Of a DNA stretch of 64,000 bases, positions 13,063 through 25,180 are shown one piece after another (within the stretch, counting starts at the first letter, position 1; every line of letters starts with the position of its first letter). The notes under the pieces are model-generated. The model did not search any database. It was not told the origin of the DNA and saw nothing but the letters and a program-made list of their open reading frames with translations. The DNA is from the human T2T-CHM13v2.0 reference genome, Homo sapiens, in the NCBI RefSeq assembly GCF_009914755.1, contig NC_060937.1; one strand, 5' to 3'. The position numbers were made by a program, and so were the translations under genes.

Positions 13063-14599
13063 AGAAATAGTATGCAGGTTAATATGTTTAGGCACAAATG
13101 AAAGTAGTTTATTAAAAAGAAAAAAAAAAAAAAAAAGCCAGAAAACTTTTCTGTGTCCCGAAATGCCTCCTGAAAAGCACACATTACTTGGGTTTTCTTT
13201 TTCGCCTCTTAAAATTGGGGTGGGTTAGGGTGAGGGGAAGACTGCTCTCCACCGAGGAAGGCAGAGAGAAGCTGCTGCAGTTGCCTGTCTTATCTCTGCC
13301 TCGGTCTTGCACCCCACTACACCAGTCCCTATTCCCACGTCTGGACCCCCGCCCCGTCTCCTGACACAGAGGCTTGGCTATCCAAATCCCAACCCCGAGT
13401 CTGTAACTAGGAAGTGCCTGCTGTCCTGCCAAGGGACTGGATTGGAGGAGGAGAGTGCAGGGGTGGGATGAGGGAAGAGATGGAGGAGGGGGCTTTAAGC
13501 CAGAGTTTCTAGCAGGAGCAAATACCGGCACAGGGAAGGACACCATTGGCCAGGGTATGCAGAGGAAGGCAAAGCTGCTGAATGGCCACTGTGGTCCTCA
13601 GCCATGAGTAGGGACGTCTGATGGCCTCAGAAGCTGCCTTGTGATTGAGCGTGAAGGGACAGGATCTGAGGTGCTGGAGCTCGGGGTAGGCTAAGATGGC
13701 CATCTTGGCAGTTTGCCCTAGACAGTGGTGCCTATGCACCTCTCAGCCAGGCTGGGCTGGTCTTAGCGTCACAGGGCTGAGTGGCAGCCATTGAGTTCGC
13801 TACTGTCCCGAAAACAGCCCTGCAGTCTCTCCCGTGGGGTTCACTACAGGGCGGTGCTTGCCACCAATCCAGGGGTACATAGAATTTTATCACAGTGAGA
13901 AGGAGGCTTTGGGCAGAGACCACAGAAGTCCAGCGGCATTGATGACCAACTCTGCTTTCTTAAAGCTGCAGTGTTACTTGGAGCCTCAAGGTGGTACAGC
14001 AACACAGTCTATGGTTTAAAAAAGCCTGAATTACACTTTGTGAAAAGCTTCCTTGGGCACAATTAGCTTGACGATTTGAACTGTTTCTCAGTCGCTTCCC
14101 TTCCTTGTTTCAAATAGCCTGGCTTCTAATCTGGCCTGACCTTTGAGGTCCTTTCTTGCTGGCTCATCCACCTCCATCCCCACTCGGAATCGGGAGGGTT
14201 TTCTTAGTTCTTTGGTTACTGAAAAGGAAATCCTTTTCTGCCCAGGTTCCCTCCTCAGATTCAGGCCAGAACTGCTCCCCTGTTGTCATGGGGCCTGTCT
14301 TCATAGGCGCCACCTGGACCTGTGCCAGGCAGACAGCAGAGGTGAGTTCCAGGGGGTTCCTCTGAGGTCACACCTGCTTAGGTGCATGGAGGCTCAGGTG
14401 AGCAGACTGCAGACTGCCACCACCAGCGTCCCTTCTCTGTTTAAGCCACCTGCTTCCTTATTTCACTGATTCCCACTGGCCTCCCCTTCATATACATCCT
14501 CACTATCGTTTTTGGAATTTTCTATTAACATTTCATGATATCCATGCTGTTTAGAATTCGCTTCTATTCTAAACATACTCTAAATTTTACTCCAAATTT

Positions 14600-14880
14600 A
14601 CTCTCTACTCAAATGTCACCTTATCCATATGGTATTCCCTGACCACCTGTGAACAGCAGCAACCTTCCATCACTAGTGAGCCCCTTATGTTGCTTTATGT
14701 TCCTTCTTAGCCCTTTCACCACCTGGCATAAGTATATATTTGTTATCTCTTCACCCCCAAGGGCAGAAGGCCCCCAGTTTTGTTCTCTTCTGCATCTCCA
14801 GCCCTGGAACAGCGTTTGCATGTGGTGGGCACTCAGCAAATGCTGGTTGAATGGATGGATGGATGGATGAATGAATGAGT
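14600..14880 (+). mobile_element. L2 3' end
   Basis: ctcaaatgtcacct...ccagccctggaacag...ctcagcaaatgctggttgaatggatggatgg, with the typical (TGAA/TGGA)n tail. Confidence 0.75.
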
Positions 14881-15844
14881 GGCTAGGGAGAATTTCACCC
14901 CTTCCCAACAGGTCAAAAGCATTGTTCTGACAGTTTGTAGTCTAGGGTCTGGCTTTGGCTGAGCCACTAGTTACTTGTAAGACTTTGAGCAAGTCACTTG
15001 GCCTCCCCAATGGCCTGTTTTTGAATCTGCACAATGAGTGGACTGGACTGCATTGTCTGCGGTTCCTTCCTGCCCCAACAGTTTTTGGTTTTATGATTAT
15101 CCTCCAAAAGGGGCTAAAGCCATAAGCCAGGTGACAGACAATATGCATTATTGGCATGACACTTGCAAGTAATAAGCTAGCATCAAAAGATGCATTGATA
15201 TATGTAAATAAACATACTTACTTCACAATCTTTAAGTCTTTAAAAATTATGTCCTTAAGAAAGTCTCAAATGTATTGGCCTTATGTTTCTATTTTGATCT
15301 CTGGCTCCATGTGTTAATGACTCTGATATTTTTCTGACAAATAAAAGGTTTTAAAAATTGCTATTGCTTATTTGGGTTCTTCCTAGGTTATTTCTTCTCA
15401 TTAGTAACATTTCTGGGGAAAGATGTCATGCTCTTAGTGTGCATCCAACATGAAAAAATATTTCAAAATAAAACAATAGTAATTTTTTAAAAACCCTCTT
15501 ACCTTTGAAAAGAACCATCGCCTTATGCCATAATCTTCCTCTTGCTATTTGGCTGTGGTTATTTTTTAGGATTGGTATATGTCTGGCATCTAGAAGACAT
15601 TAAAATATTTTTAATGAAGAGTCAGTGTCATGTGGGAGGAAAAAATTCGTATCCTGGGATATGGGTGGAACTTCATGAAAGTGATTGTGTCTTTCTTATC
15701 CAAGGGAAGAAGTTTTTGTTCTTTCTGAATGAACTTGAGGGAAAAAGGCAATCAATGTTTTTCCAGTGTAACCTGATAGATTCTCCAAGTCCTCAAGTTC
15801 AAATATTTATTCTTTTGTCTTTGTAATGAAAACAAAACCAAACT

Positions 15845-16333
15845 TGTAGTAGGCATACTCATGATCTCCCAAATATGTCCAGGTCCCTATCCCTGGAAAC
15901 TGCGAATGTGTTACTTTACATGGCAAAAGGGACTTTGCTGATGGGATAAAAGGAGGGATCTTGAGATGGGGAGATTATCATGGATTATTCAGGTGGATCC
16001 AATCTAATCTCCTTAAACTGAGCAAACATTTCCCAGCTATGGTCAGAGGACAACACGATCAGAGGGAGCGTCTGAGATGCATCCTTGCCGGCTTTGAAGA
16101 GGGAGGAAGGGGGTCAAGGGCCAATGAGTACAGGTAGCTTCTAGAAGCTGGAAAAGGCAGGACATAGATTCTTCCTCAGAGCCTCCAGAAGGAAAGATAA
16201 TCCTGATGAGACTTTTATTTTAGCCCAGTGAGACCTATGTCAGACGGAACTCCAGAACTGTATGATAATAAAATGTGTATGGTAAGGCACTAAGTTTGTG
16301 GAATTTGTTACAGCAGCAATAGCAATACATTAC
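15845..16333 (+). mobile_element. MaLR LTR (MLT1D/E-like)
   Basis: tgtagtaggc...atggcaaaagggactttgctgatg...ctagaagctggaaaaggcagg...gaatttgttacagcagcaatag. Confidence 0.85.
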
Positions 16334-16399
16334 CTTCTTATTTGAACAGAGGCTTTCAGCTCCGCAGTGTAAAAGAAAAGAAGCCAGGCTAGGGTCTAG

Positions 16400-16716
16400 A
16401 GTTGTGCCCTTCAGTTTGGTAGCTGCTGGTCACATGTGGCTACTGGAGCCCTTGAAATGAGTGCTGAGATGTGCCGAAGTGTAGAATAGATGTCGATTTC
16501 ACAAAGATTGAGTGTGAAAAAGAAAATATCTCCTAATTTAATAATTTATTCGTGTCTATTACATGTTGAAATGCCATTACTTTGGATATGCTGGTTTAAG
16601 TGAAATATACTATTAACATTTATTTCACATATTTTTTGAACTTTTGTTTTTAATGTGACTACTAGAAAATTTAAATCATTTGTGGTCCACGTTATACTTC
16701 TATTGGACAGGGCTGT
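16400..16716 (-). mobile_element. MER33-like hAT-Charlie MITE
   Basis: cacatgtggctactgg..cttgaaatg...actagaaaattt...tctattggacagggctg, with tctaga at both flanks. Confidence 0.75.
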
Positions 16717-18227
16717 TCTAGAGAATCCCTAAATATAGGAGGTGGTCATTTCAACAGTAGACAGGTCTCCAACCAAGTGGTGAGTGATGAAAAAGTCCAG
16801 GCACAGAATTCCAGGAGGAGAGGTCAGGCTTTCTTACGTCTTCCTGTATTGGACCATAAGAGAAGGTGTTGTATGGGTCTTTATGTCCTCAGGGCCTGGC
16901 ACATACTCAGAAATTGTTTGCAGAGCATCCATTTGATGTTGCTGACCCTAGAAAGTTCTTTGACAAGGCACCAAAGGGTGGAAAATTAGTCTTGAAACAA
17001 TTGCCCTGAAGGAACTTGAAACTGTGGTCTAACAGAAAACAGGATGCAACAACTGGGTCTTTTCCCGTTTGACCAGTATTTGTTGCCCCACCTTACACCT
17101 CATGGACACGGGCATTTACCATTTCCAGGAAAGAAAGATCTCAAAAAGAATTACAAACCAAAAGGCAGCCTTGGGTATCAGAGCCCAAATACCAAGAAGC
17201 ATTCATGTAATGATTTCAGTTTGGCCTCTTTCTTATCTCGGTGCCAATTTCTCAGCAATGCAGAGAAAAATGACTTGAGCTCAGAATTAGGAGATGAACT
17301 TTCCATTTGAAATGTGCGTTCTCCTCTGACTTGCTCCATGAACAAGTTAGCTTCCCTGCAGTCCCCTTCATCATGCCTGCTAAGAGGCAAGTGTTTACAT
17401 TTATCAGGACTGAGCGCTACGAGGTGAGGATTAATTAGTGACTCTACTTAGAATTATTTTTAAAATATCAAGAATAATTTGCTTCCATAACAAATTATCC
17501 TGGCTTGGGATTCTGGGACAGGATTTGGGATTCTGATCAGTTGCTTCCCTAACAGCCTGACACTGACATTTGCAGAATCTGTTGTGGTTTAACAGGTATT
17601 ATAAGTTCAAATATCATATTTCAGAGTGTCTGCTATGGTTACAGGTAACTAAAGGTTACAGTTTTCCCCCCATATGATGTCATTTGCTTAACTCAAATGA
17701 ACTTTGTGCCATTAAAAATGGGGAAACACAATTTATTTCAATGCCATTTGAGTCTGTTTTGAGGTATTGCGGACGGAAATATCCTGGTTACTGGGTTTGG
17801 ATGATTCATGCAGTAGAGCAGTCTGAGGAATAAACTTTATCTTGTCCTCATCTTTATTTTTGTTTTCTATATGGAAACTAATCATTTGAGGTTGGCAACA
17901 TGGATTTGGGCTAAATTTCTTCAATGAATTTTTTTCTACGTTTCCCTACTTCAGACCAAAAATCTCCAACCCTAGGCTGTTTTCCAAAAGCAAACCTGCT
18001 CATGAGCTCTCTGACAGAGTGCTAGCCTGTCGGAAATTACAGTAAGTCTCCTTCTGAGGTTGGTTAGGCTGAGAATTCATTGTATTTTGGTTAAAAACAG
18101 AGTGTTACAATTTGATCCTGGGAGCAAGAAAGAATTAGTAATGAAAACATTGTTGGTGGAGACTGTTGCCTGGTACACAGGCTGAACTCATTTGTCTGGC
18201 CCCCGGTACGGGTGGCCCATGTGAAAA

Positions 18228-18229
18228 TA

Positions 18230-18268
<39 letters not shown>

Positions 18269-18272
18269 ACAC
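18228..18272. repeat. (CA)n microsatellite
   Basis: Interrupted acacacatacacacacac... run. Confidence 0.95.
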
Positions 18273-19294
18273 CACCCATCTGTTACGTTTTTCCTGATGC
18301 TTCAGGAAAGTCTGCAAATTAAGACAAATGATATTATCTGGGAGTAACTGATCATCTTTTCACTATGAAAATGTCATATTCATAGGAAATGAATAACACG
18401 CCTGCCAAAAATCAGGTCGCCTAAATGAAGGGATCAAGGGATTGAATACCCATGGAGAAAATAAGACAGACACAATCCAACTGTTCTATACTAGTTGACA
18501 GCAACCTATTCTAATGATATGGTTAAGATTTATAATGGCCATATAGGTTTACCTTCTCCAACCAAACTATTTAAATAATTCCACAAGTCTCCTATTTAAT
18601 ATTGAAGACCATCTCCTTAGCTAAAATTATTATGCTTTAATTGACCATATATAAATATCGGAGGGTTTTGGAGAGTACCATTAGACCATGCACAACCAAG
18701 CACAGTTGGATTGAGCCTTGAAGATGTGCATGGTTCCTCCCGCCCGTGCTCTTCCTGGTGAATGAGTAGCTTTTTTCCCTGCACTAATCTGTTCAGTTTG
18801 AGGGCTGCTGGAAGCACTACCTTTTATTCTCTTTTCATTTTCTTTACTTCACTAGTTCACAGAGCTGGAGGCCACAGGACTGTTTGTTACATCATCACTG
18901 CTTTAAAAGCTTATTTTTGTGAATGCAATTGTACTTGGGGGTTGTCAAAACCTGTGGAAATGTGGCCTTTGGTGACCGGCCATGGCATAATATGACAACA
19001 TTTCTGGAGTAGTCCAGCACTGGGAATGGTACCCTTGGGTCAGGCAAGTAGGAGGCAGTCATTTTTGTCTCTGGAGCTGCTGGCACTCAAGCGTAGAGGA
19101 GGTAGACATTTCAATGGCCAGTTGCTTTTGTATTTAAACAAATAGATCCTGGGTTGTAGATTTTTAGAAAACTGCAGATGCAACCTGCAACAGAATCACC
19201 TGGTTAGCTTACTCCCCTACCAGCTGACGAGTCTTAGATCAGATATACTGAAGCACAGCCTCTGGGGATGGGGCACTCAGGAATCCAAATTTCT

Positions 19295-20565
19295 TTAAAT
19301 AAACTTTAAATTTTAGAATAGTTTCAGATTTGCAAAAAAGTTGTAAAAATAGTACAAAGAGTTCCCATATACCTCATACCCAGTTTTCCTTATTAATATC
19401 TTACATTAGGATACATATAATATACATTTGTACAAATGTGCAATGTAAGTAATATAAAATGTACATTTGTACGATATACATTATCTGTATCATAATGTAA
19501 TGTACAATGTAAATCCTAATGAAGGATACAGGTAATGTACTTTGTGATGTACAAATAACATCTTACATTAGAATGCAGATAATGTACATCTCCCCCACTC
19601 GTTTATTTATTTGATCATTTTTTTATGTCAGTATGGACTCATGAATACCAAGTTATATTTCAGTACCACATTATAAATGTACATTATCTGTATCTTAATG
19701 TAAGATATTAATAAGGAAAGCTAGGTGTGAGGTATATGGGAATGCTTTGTACTAGTTTTAAAATTTTTTTGCAAATCTGAATGTATGAATGTACATTAGG
19801 TGCATTTGTCACAATCTCATGATTAACCAAAGTCAATACTCTATGACCTGATGTCCTTTTTCTGTAAGATTCCATCCAGGATGCCACGTTACATTTAATT
19901 GTTACGTCTCCATAGGCTCCTCTTGGCTGAGACAGTTTCTCAGACTCTCCTTGTTTTCAGTGACCTTTGATAGTTTTGAAGGGTCCTGGAGAGTATTTTG
20001 TAGAATGTTCCTTAGTTGAATTGTTTGATGTTTTTCTCATGTTTTAACTGAGGTTATGGGTTTCTGGAAGAAAGATCACAGAGGCAAAGTGCCCTTCTCA
20101 TCACGTTGCATCAGTGGCACCCTCAACGCAACTCACAGTTGATGTTCACCTTGATGACCTGGCTGAGGTAGTCTTGACAGGTTTTTCTACTGTAAAGTGA
20201 TTCTTTTTTCCACCTTTTCATACTTTACTCTTTGGAGGGGAGTCACTGTGGATAGCCCGCACTTAAGGAGTGGGAGTTGTACTCCACCTCCCTGAGGGGG
20301 AGTAGCTACATACATGATGGAATTCTTCTGTCTAGAGATTTATCTATTCTCCCCCACTTGTTTATTTATATGTTCATTTATTTATGTCAGTATAGACTCA
20401 TGAATATCAAGTTATACTCCAGTGCTACTTTGTTAATCAGATTGTTCCAGCTTTGTCCATTGGGAACTCTTTCAGTGGGATCCCATGTCTCTTTGATGTA
20501 TCCCCTTTCTTGTGATGTTTTTGGGAGCCCTTCCGGCACTTTCTGCCACTACAAGATGCTCCAGG
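19295..20565 (-). mobile_element. L1MC-like 3' region, internally rearranged
   Basis: ttttagaatagtttcagatttgcaaaaaagttg...gagttcccatatacc and gacagtttctcagactctccttgtttt; see the finding on the inverted duplication. Confidence 0.75.
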
Positions 20566-20799
20566 AATTAACATTTTTGACCAGCTCTATCATACTGAAA
20601 AAAACCAAGATTTATCATTTTCGGCCATCAAGACCAGAAATTTTAAATGTCCCGCTTATTGTTGGATGTGGAACAAAGCTGTCAAAAGAAAAATCACACT
20701 AAAGAATGTGTATGTATCTTCAAAATCTCTCTGTTTATTTGGTAACATCTATAGCCCAGGCACATACAGAGAGGCAGTTATTTAAATCCAATCAAGAGA

Positions 20800-21035
20800 C
20801 TAAGAAGTTCAAGAGATCTATTGTATAACATGGTAGCTATAGTTAATAACAATGTATTGTACACTTGAAAATTGTCGAAAGAGCAGATTTTAGGTGTTAT
20901 CACAAAAATCATAATGAGAAGTACATGAGGTGATGCATAAGTTAATTAGTTTGATCTAGCCATCCACATGTATATACATTTTAAAACATCAGGTTGTACA
21001 CCATAGACACATATACTTTTTGTCAATTTAAAAAA
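20800..21035 (+). mobile_element. L1MA-like 3' end
   Basis: aagttcaagagatctattgtataacatggt..ctatagttaataacaatgtattgtacacttgaaaattg...tttgtcaatt + A tail. Confidence 0.8.
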
Positions 21036-21750
21036 GTAGTGATTTTTTTTTAAAGAGACTAAAAATTGAGGAGAATCATCTATGAAACATTTTCCTGGAA
21101 ACCACAAGGCTTTTGGGCCACAGGCACCTCACTGGGTGTGGATAACAATTGTTGAGTTAGCCCAGCCCCTATCAAAGAGGATCTTAAGCCATATCAACCA
21201 CTTCTTAGGATTTTCTGGTGACTTCTGAGAGAGGAAGAGTCAGAAACACCCATGGGCAGTAACACCCAGGGCTGGCTCTGGAGTGGGGGTGAGGTCATTG
21301 AGGGGAAGGCCAGGGTTTGGGTGAGCCTGTGCTGTAGGGATGGAACTCTGGTTGGCATAGGGTACTGAGCGTGTCTCTGTATGTGCATCCATGCAGACTT
21401 GCACATGGGTAAAAATTCATTTAACCCACCTTGATAACTACCATCTACCTTTTGTAACTGGATTTGATTTAGAGTCAGCTGTAGCAGGGTGTGTGTGCTA
21501 TGTTGACACAACAAATCATGGAGATGCATTTAGGACCCATTTCAGATCCTTGTTGAATGCTCTACGGTGATGATGACAATACAGTCACGATACACAAAAC
21601 CAGGCCCAGCATGAAGGCAACTGGCTTTTGCTTTTCTTGGCCCTTCCTTGGCTTCTACATTTGCCTTGGCTTCTCTGCCATCGTGGAACATCAGTTCACC
21701 TTTCCAGAATACATCTGGTGGTGTTTCTATTAAGTAATACCAGCAAATTA

Positions 21751-22158
<408 letters not shown>

Positions 22159-24929
22159 TCATTTGTCAGTGATTATGATGTATACTCCCATGTGTCCATT
22201 TTGACTGTTTTTCCTCCTCTCTACCCCAGGCCGTACCATTCCTCCTGCCGTCCTCACATATTCTCCCACGGTTCTGCAGATGAAATGTAAGAACTTCCTC
22301 CAGGTAATCTTCCACTGGCAGGCTGCATTGTCAACAGCAGCTGTCCTCCAGGTAGGATTCTTGGCATACCCTGAAGCATTCTGGAAGCACTTGTGTTTTT
22401 TAGCACTTTAGCCAGTATTGATTATTTTTATTGGGGATTGAGTGTGTTGTGTTTTGTCTCACAGGACTTTTTCACATCTGTTGCTGTGCTTAAGTTTATG
22501 GCAGAGATTCATTTGAAATGGGATTTTTTTGTCTTTTTTTTCCATTTGAGGCAAGAGTGCAGATGGGCTTTTAATTTTCTTGCTGCCACCTGGGAAGAAT
22601 TTGTCATTTCATTCCTAAAGACAAAAAGAAACACATCTGATATAATCTAACACAAGTCTATGCTAAACAACTCCAACAACTCGGGTAGAGTAATTCCAGC
22701 AATTTGTGTTGATTATCTATGTTTGTTAAGGATATCTCAGTGGGAAGACTTCCAAGTAACCCTTTTGAGTTTCCACTCAAGGCATTTTTTTTCTTCTTCA
22801 TATTCATAAAGCTCCTAAAGGTATAGATTGATAATTTGACGGGAAAAGCTAGGTAAATAGAACCAAGCAACTGACTTACAAGAGAGCTAGCGTAAAATGG
22901 ATGGAGACACAAGGAAGAAAAAGCTTTGTGTATCTTCGCAGATATGAACAAAGCACTAGGCGGAGCTGGTGGCCTTGTAGGATGGTGACCCAGGGTTTCT
23001 GCACAGGGTCTGCCTCCCTGCTTGTCACCCCTGGGTCCTCTCTCTGGCTACACTGCTGTGTTTTCCCTGGCCACTTCCTCTCCAGGGCTGCCTCACACTG
23101 AGGGGTACTTTCCTCTGCCTTCCCCAAGGATGCTTCTCTGGGCTTCAAGCCACCCAGCTTTGACCTTGCAGTCACCTCCTTCATTTTCTTCCTTTGGAAG
23201 GTCTCAGTGAGATTCCACCCTAACGCCTCACCCATTTCTTCTTTCCAAACTGTCAGAGAGCATCTAGAGTGCTACCCAATGATGAAAGCATATCCCAGTT
23301 TTGGGGGAAGCCTGGCTTCTTTGAGCATTCAAATGCTGCAAACTGGCTCTTGGGTCCTACCCTGTAATCGCTGCAAAGGCCCATGGGCTGGCTTGGTCCA
23401 TCAGCAAAAGGTCCCTTCTTCCTTATGCCAGTTGGAACACACCCAGAGGCCAGACTGTGGTGCAGGCATTTTCTCTGGGAGAGGGGAATCCTCTAGTGTT
23501 TCCTCTGGACAGGACACCTACCTGGCACAGGTGCCCAGACTCCCCTTTTGGTCTTTCTCCTGCTTTCCTTTTCTCTCTCCTTCAGGGGTGCCATTTAATT
23601 CAGCAAGGACAGTTTCTCTTGCTGTTGACGTGTGGATCAACTCTGTTAACCCTGGATCCTTAATGTTCTTCAGAGCCACAGCCCACAAGATCAAACCCTC
23701 TCCAACAAAATAAAATGAAACAAAACAAAGAAACCCTCTTGCTAATATAAAACTTCGATGTATAATGTGCCAAACCTTCCCACCCTAAACACACACACAA
23801 CACAGACCAGGGGTGAGGGTTGGGAGGATAAGGTGAATACAAGCTCATCTTTTGCCATTAGCAATTCTCTAGTAGCCCTGGGAGCTCCCAGGTCCATTGA
23901 GTTTTGGAGGTTGGTGGCATCACGCAGGTCCCACTATGGAAGGAAATATGTTACCCAACAGTTTTTGTTTCTTTCAAAACACCTACTTCCTTTGGCAGCA
24001 AACTCCTGCTTCTTGTGTGAGAGGCATCTTCATCTCACACCTTGGAGCGAGCAAAGATGCCTCATGTCCCAGAGCAGAGCAGTGGCTGCTTGCACTTCCT
24101 GCTCTTCCATCTGCCCCAGGTTTCTTAAGAACTCACACCATTCCCTGTATTCCATTTCTTGTAATCTTTTTTGAACAGTTATTCAAATATTGTGCCAGAC
24201 AGTGTGAGGGTGGTGGGGCAAATAATGGAAAGTGTTCTTGTTCCCCTGGGACCTACATTTCGAGGGAGAGGTAGATAGGCATTTTCATAATCTTCATTTT
24301 CTTTGCATTCTTTATTTGTGTTTACCTTTCTATTGAGTGGACTGTTAAGGAAGCACCAGAGGAGGGAGAGAAGAGCTTTGACGTAGATGACCAGGAGAGT
24401 GTTCTTGTGGAAGGAGGAATTTGGTCATGACCTCGAAGGACATCTAGGACTGTGATTGGCAGGAATGCATGGTGGAAAGAACAGTTCTAGCACAACAGAG
24501 CACAGGAGTGGGACATGTCAGGGCCGGACCTCAGGGTCCCCTGAGTAGTTCCATGGGAGAGCTGTGGCACCCGTGGCGAGGTGTGGAAATAGAAATGGGA
24601 AGGGACCTTGGGGTGATGCTGTTGGAGGCTTCTGCAGTAGAGGAGTGTTTTTCCAGTTATTACAGTGTTAACTATATAAAAACTACTTTGTCTATATACA
24701 TCAAAAATACCCAGCATAATTATTTTTCCAGTATAGCTGTCACTCACCACTATACTGTTGCTTTCAATTTTAAGCTTTAAAGATGATGTGAGAGAAAAAT
24801 AGTATCCTAGTACCTGTGTGGATTTTTTTCCCTTCCTAAAATCAATAATTCTTTCATTTTTAAAGTCAATTTTGCCTTTGTAAATGACTTCATGCCTTTT
24901 GTTTTTGTTTTGTGCTTGTAGCTTGTACG

Positions 24930-25180
24930 TTTTGGAGCTTTAAAAACAAACTCTGGGGCCAATCCACCTAGGTTTAAATCTCAGCTCTGTTGCTTCACAG
25001 AAGTGCAATTTGGGCAAGTTACTTAACTCGCCTGTTTTTTAGTTTCTTTATCCATAGAATGGAGATAATATTTCTATGTATCCTTCACAGAAAATAATCT
25101 GTGAGGATGAAGTGGAATACATGTTACAAGCTCTCACTGCCTCGCATGGAGTAAACAATAAGGGTTTACTATAGTTATTA
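24930..25180 (+). mobile_element. MIR
   Basis: ctaggtttaaatctcagctctg...tttgggcaagttacttaactc...tagtttctttatccatagaatggagataata. Confidence 0.7.

Noticed and set aside
14306-14320. Possible CTCF site GGTCCAGGTGGCGCC (minus strand)
   Set aside because: The 3' core matches but the highly conserved 5' CC is replaced by GG; too weak on sequence alone.
23207-23713. Longest non-FABP ORF (168 aa)
   Set aside because: Non-ATG start, no recognisable domain, and a Ser/Pro/Leu-rich composition typical of random ORFs.
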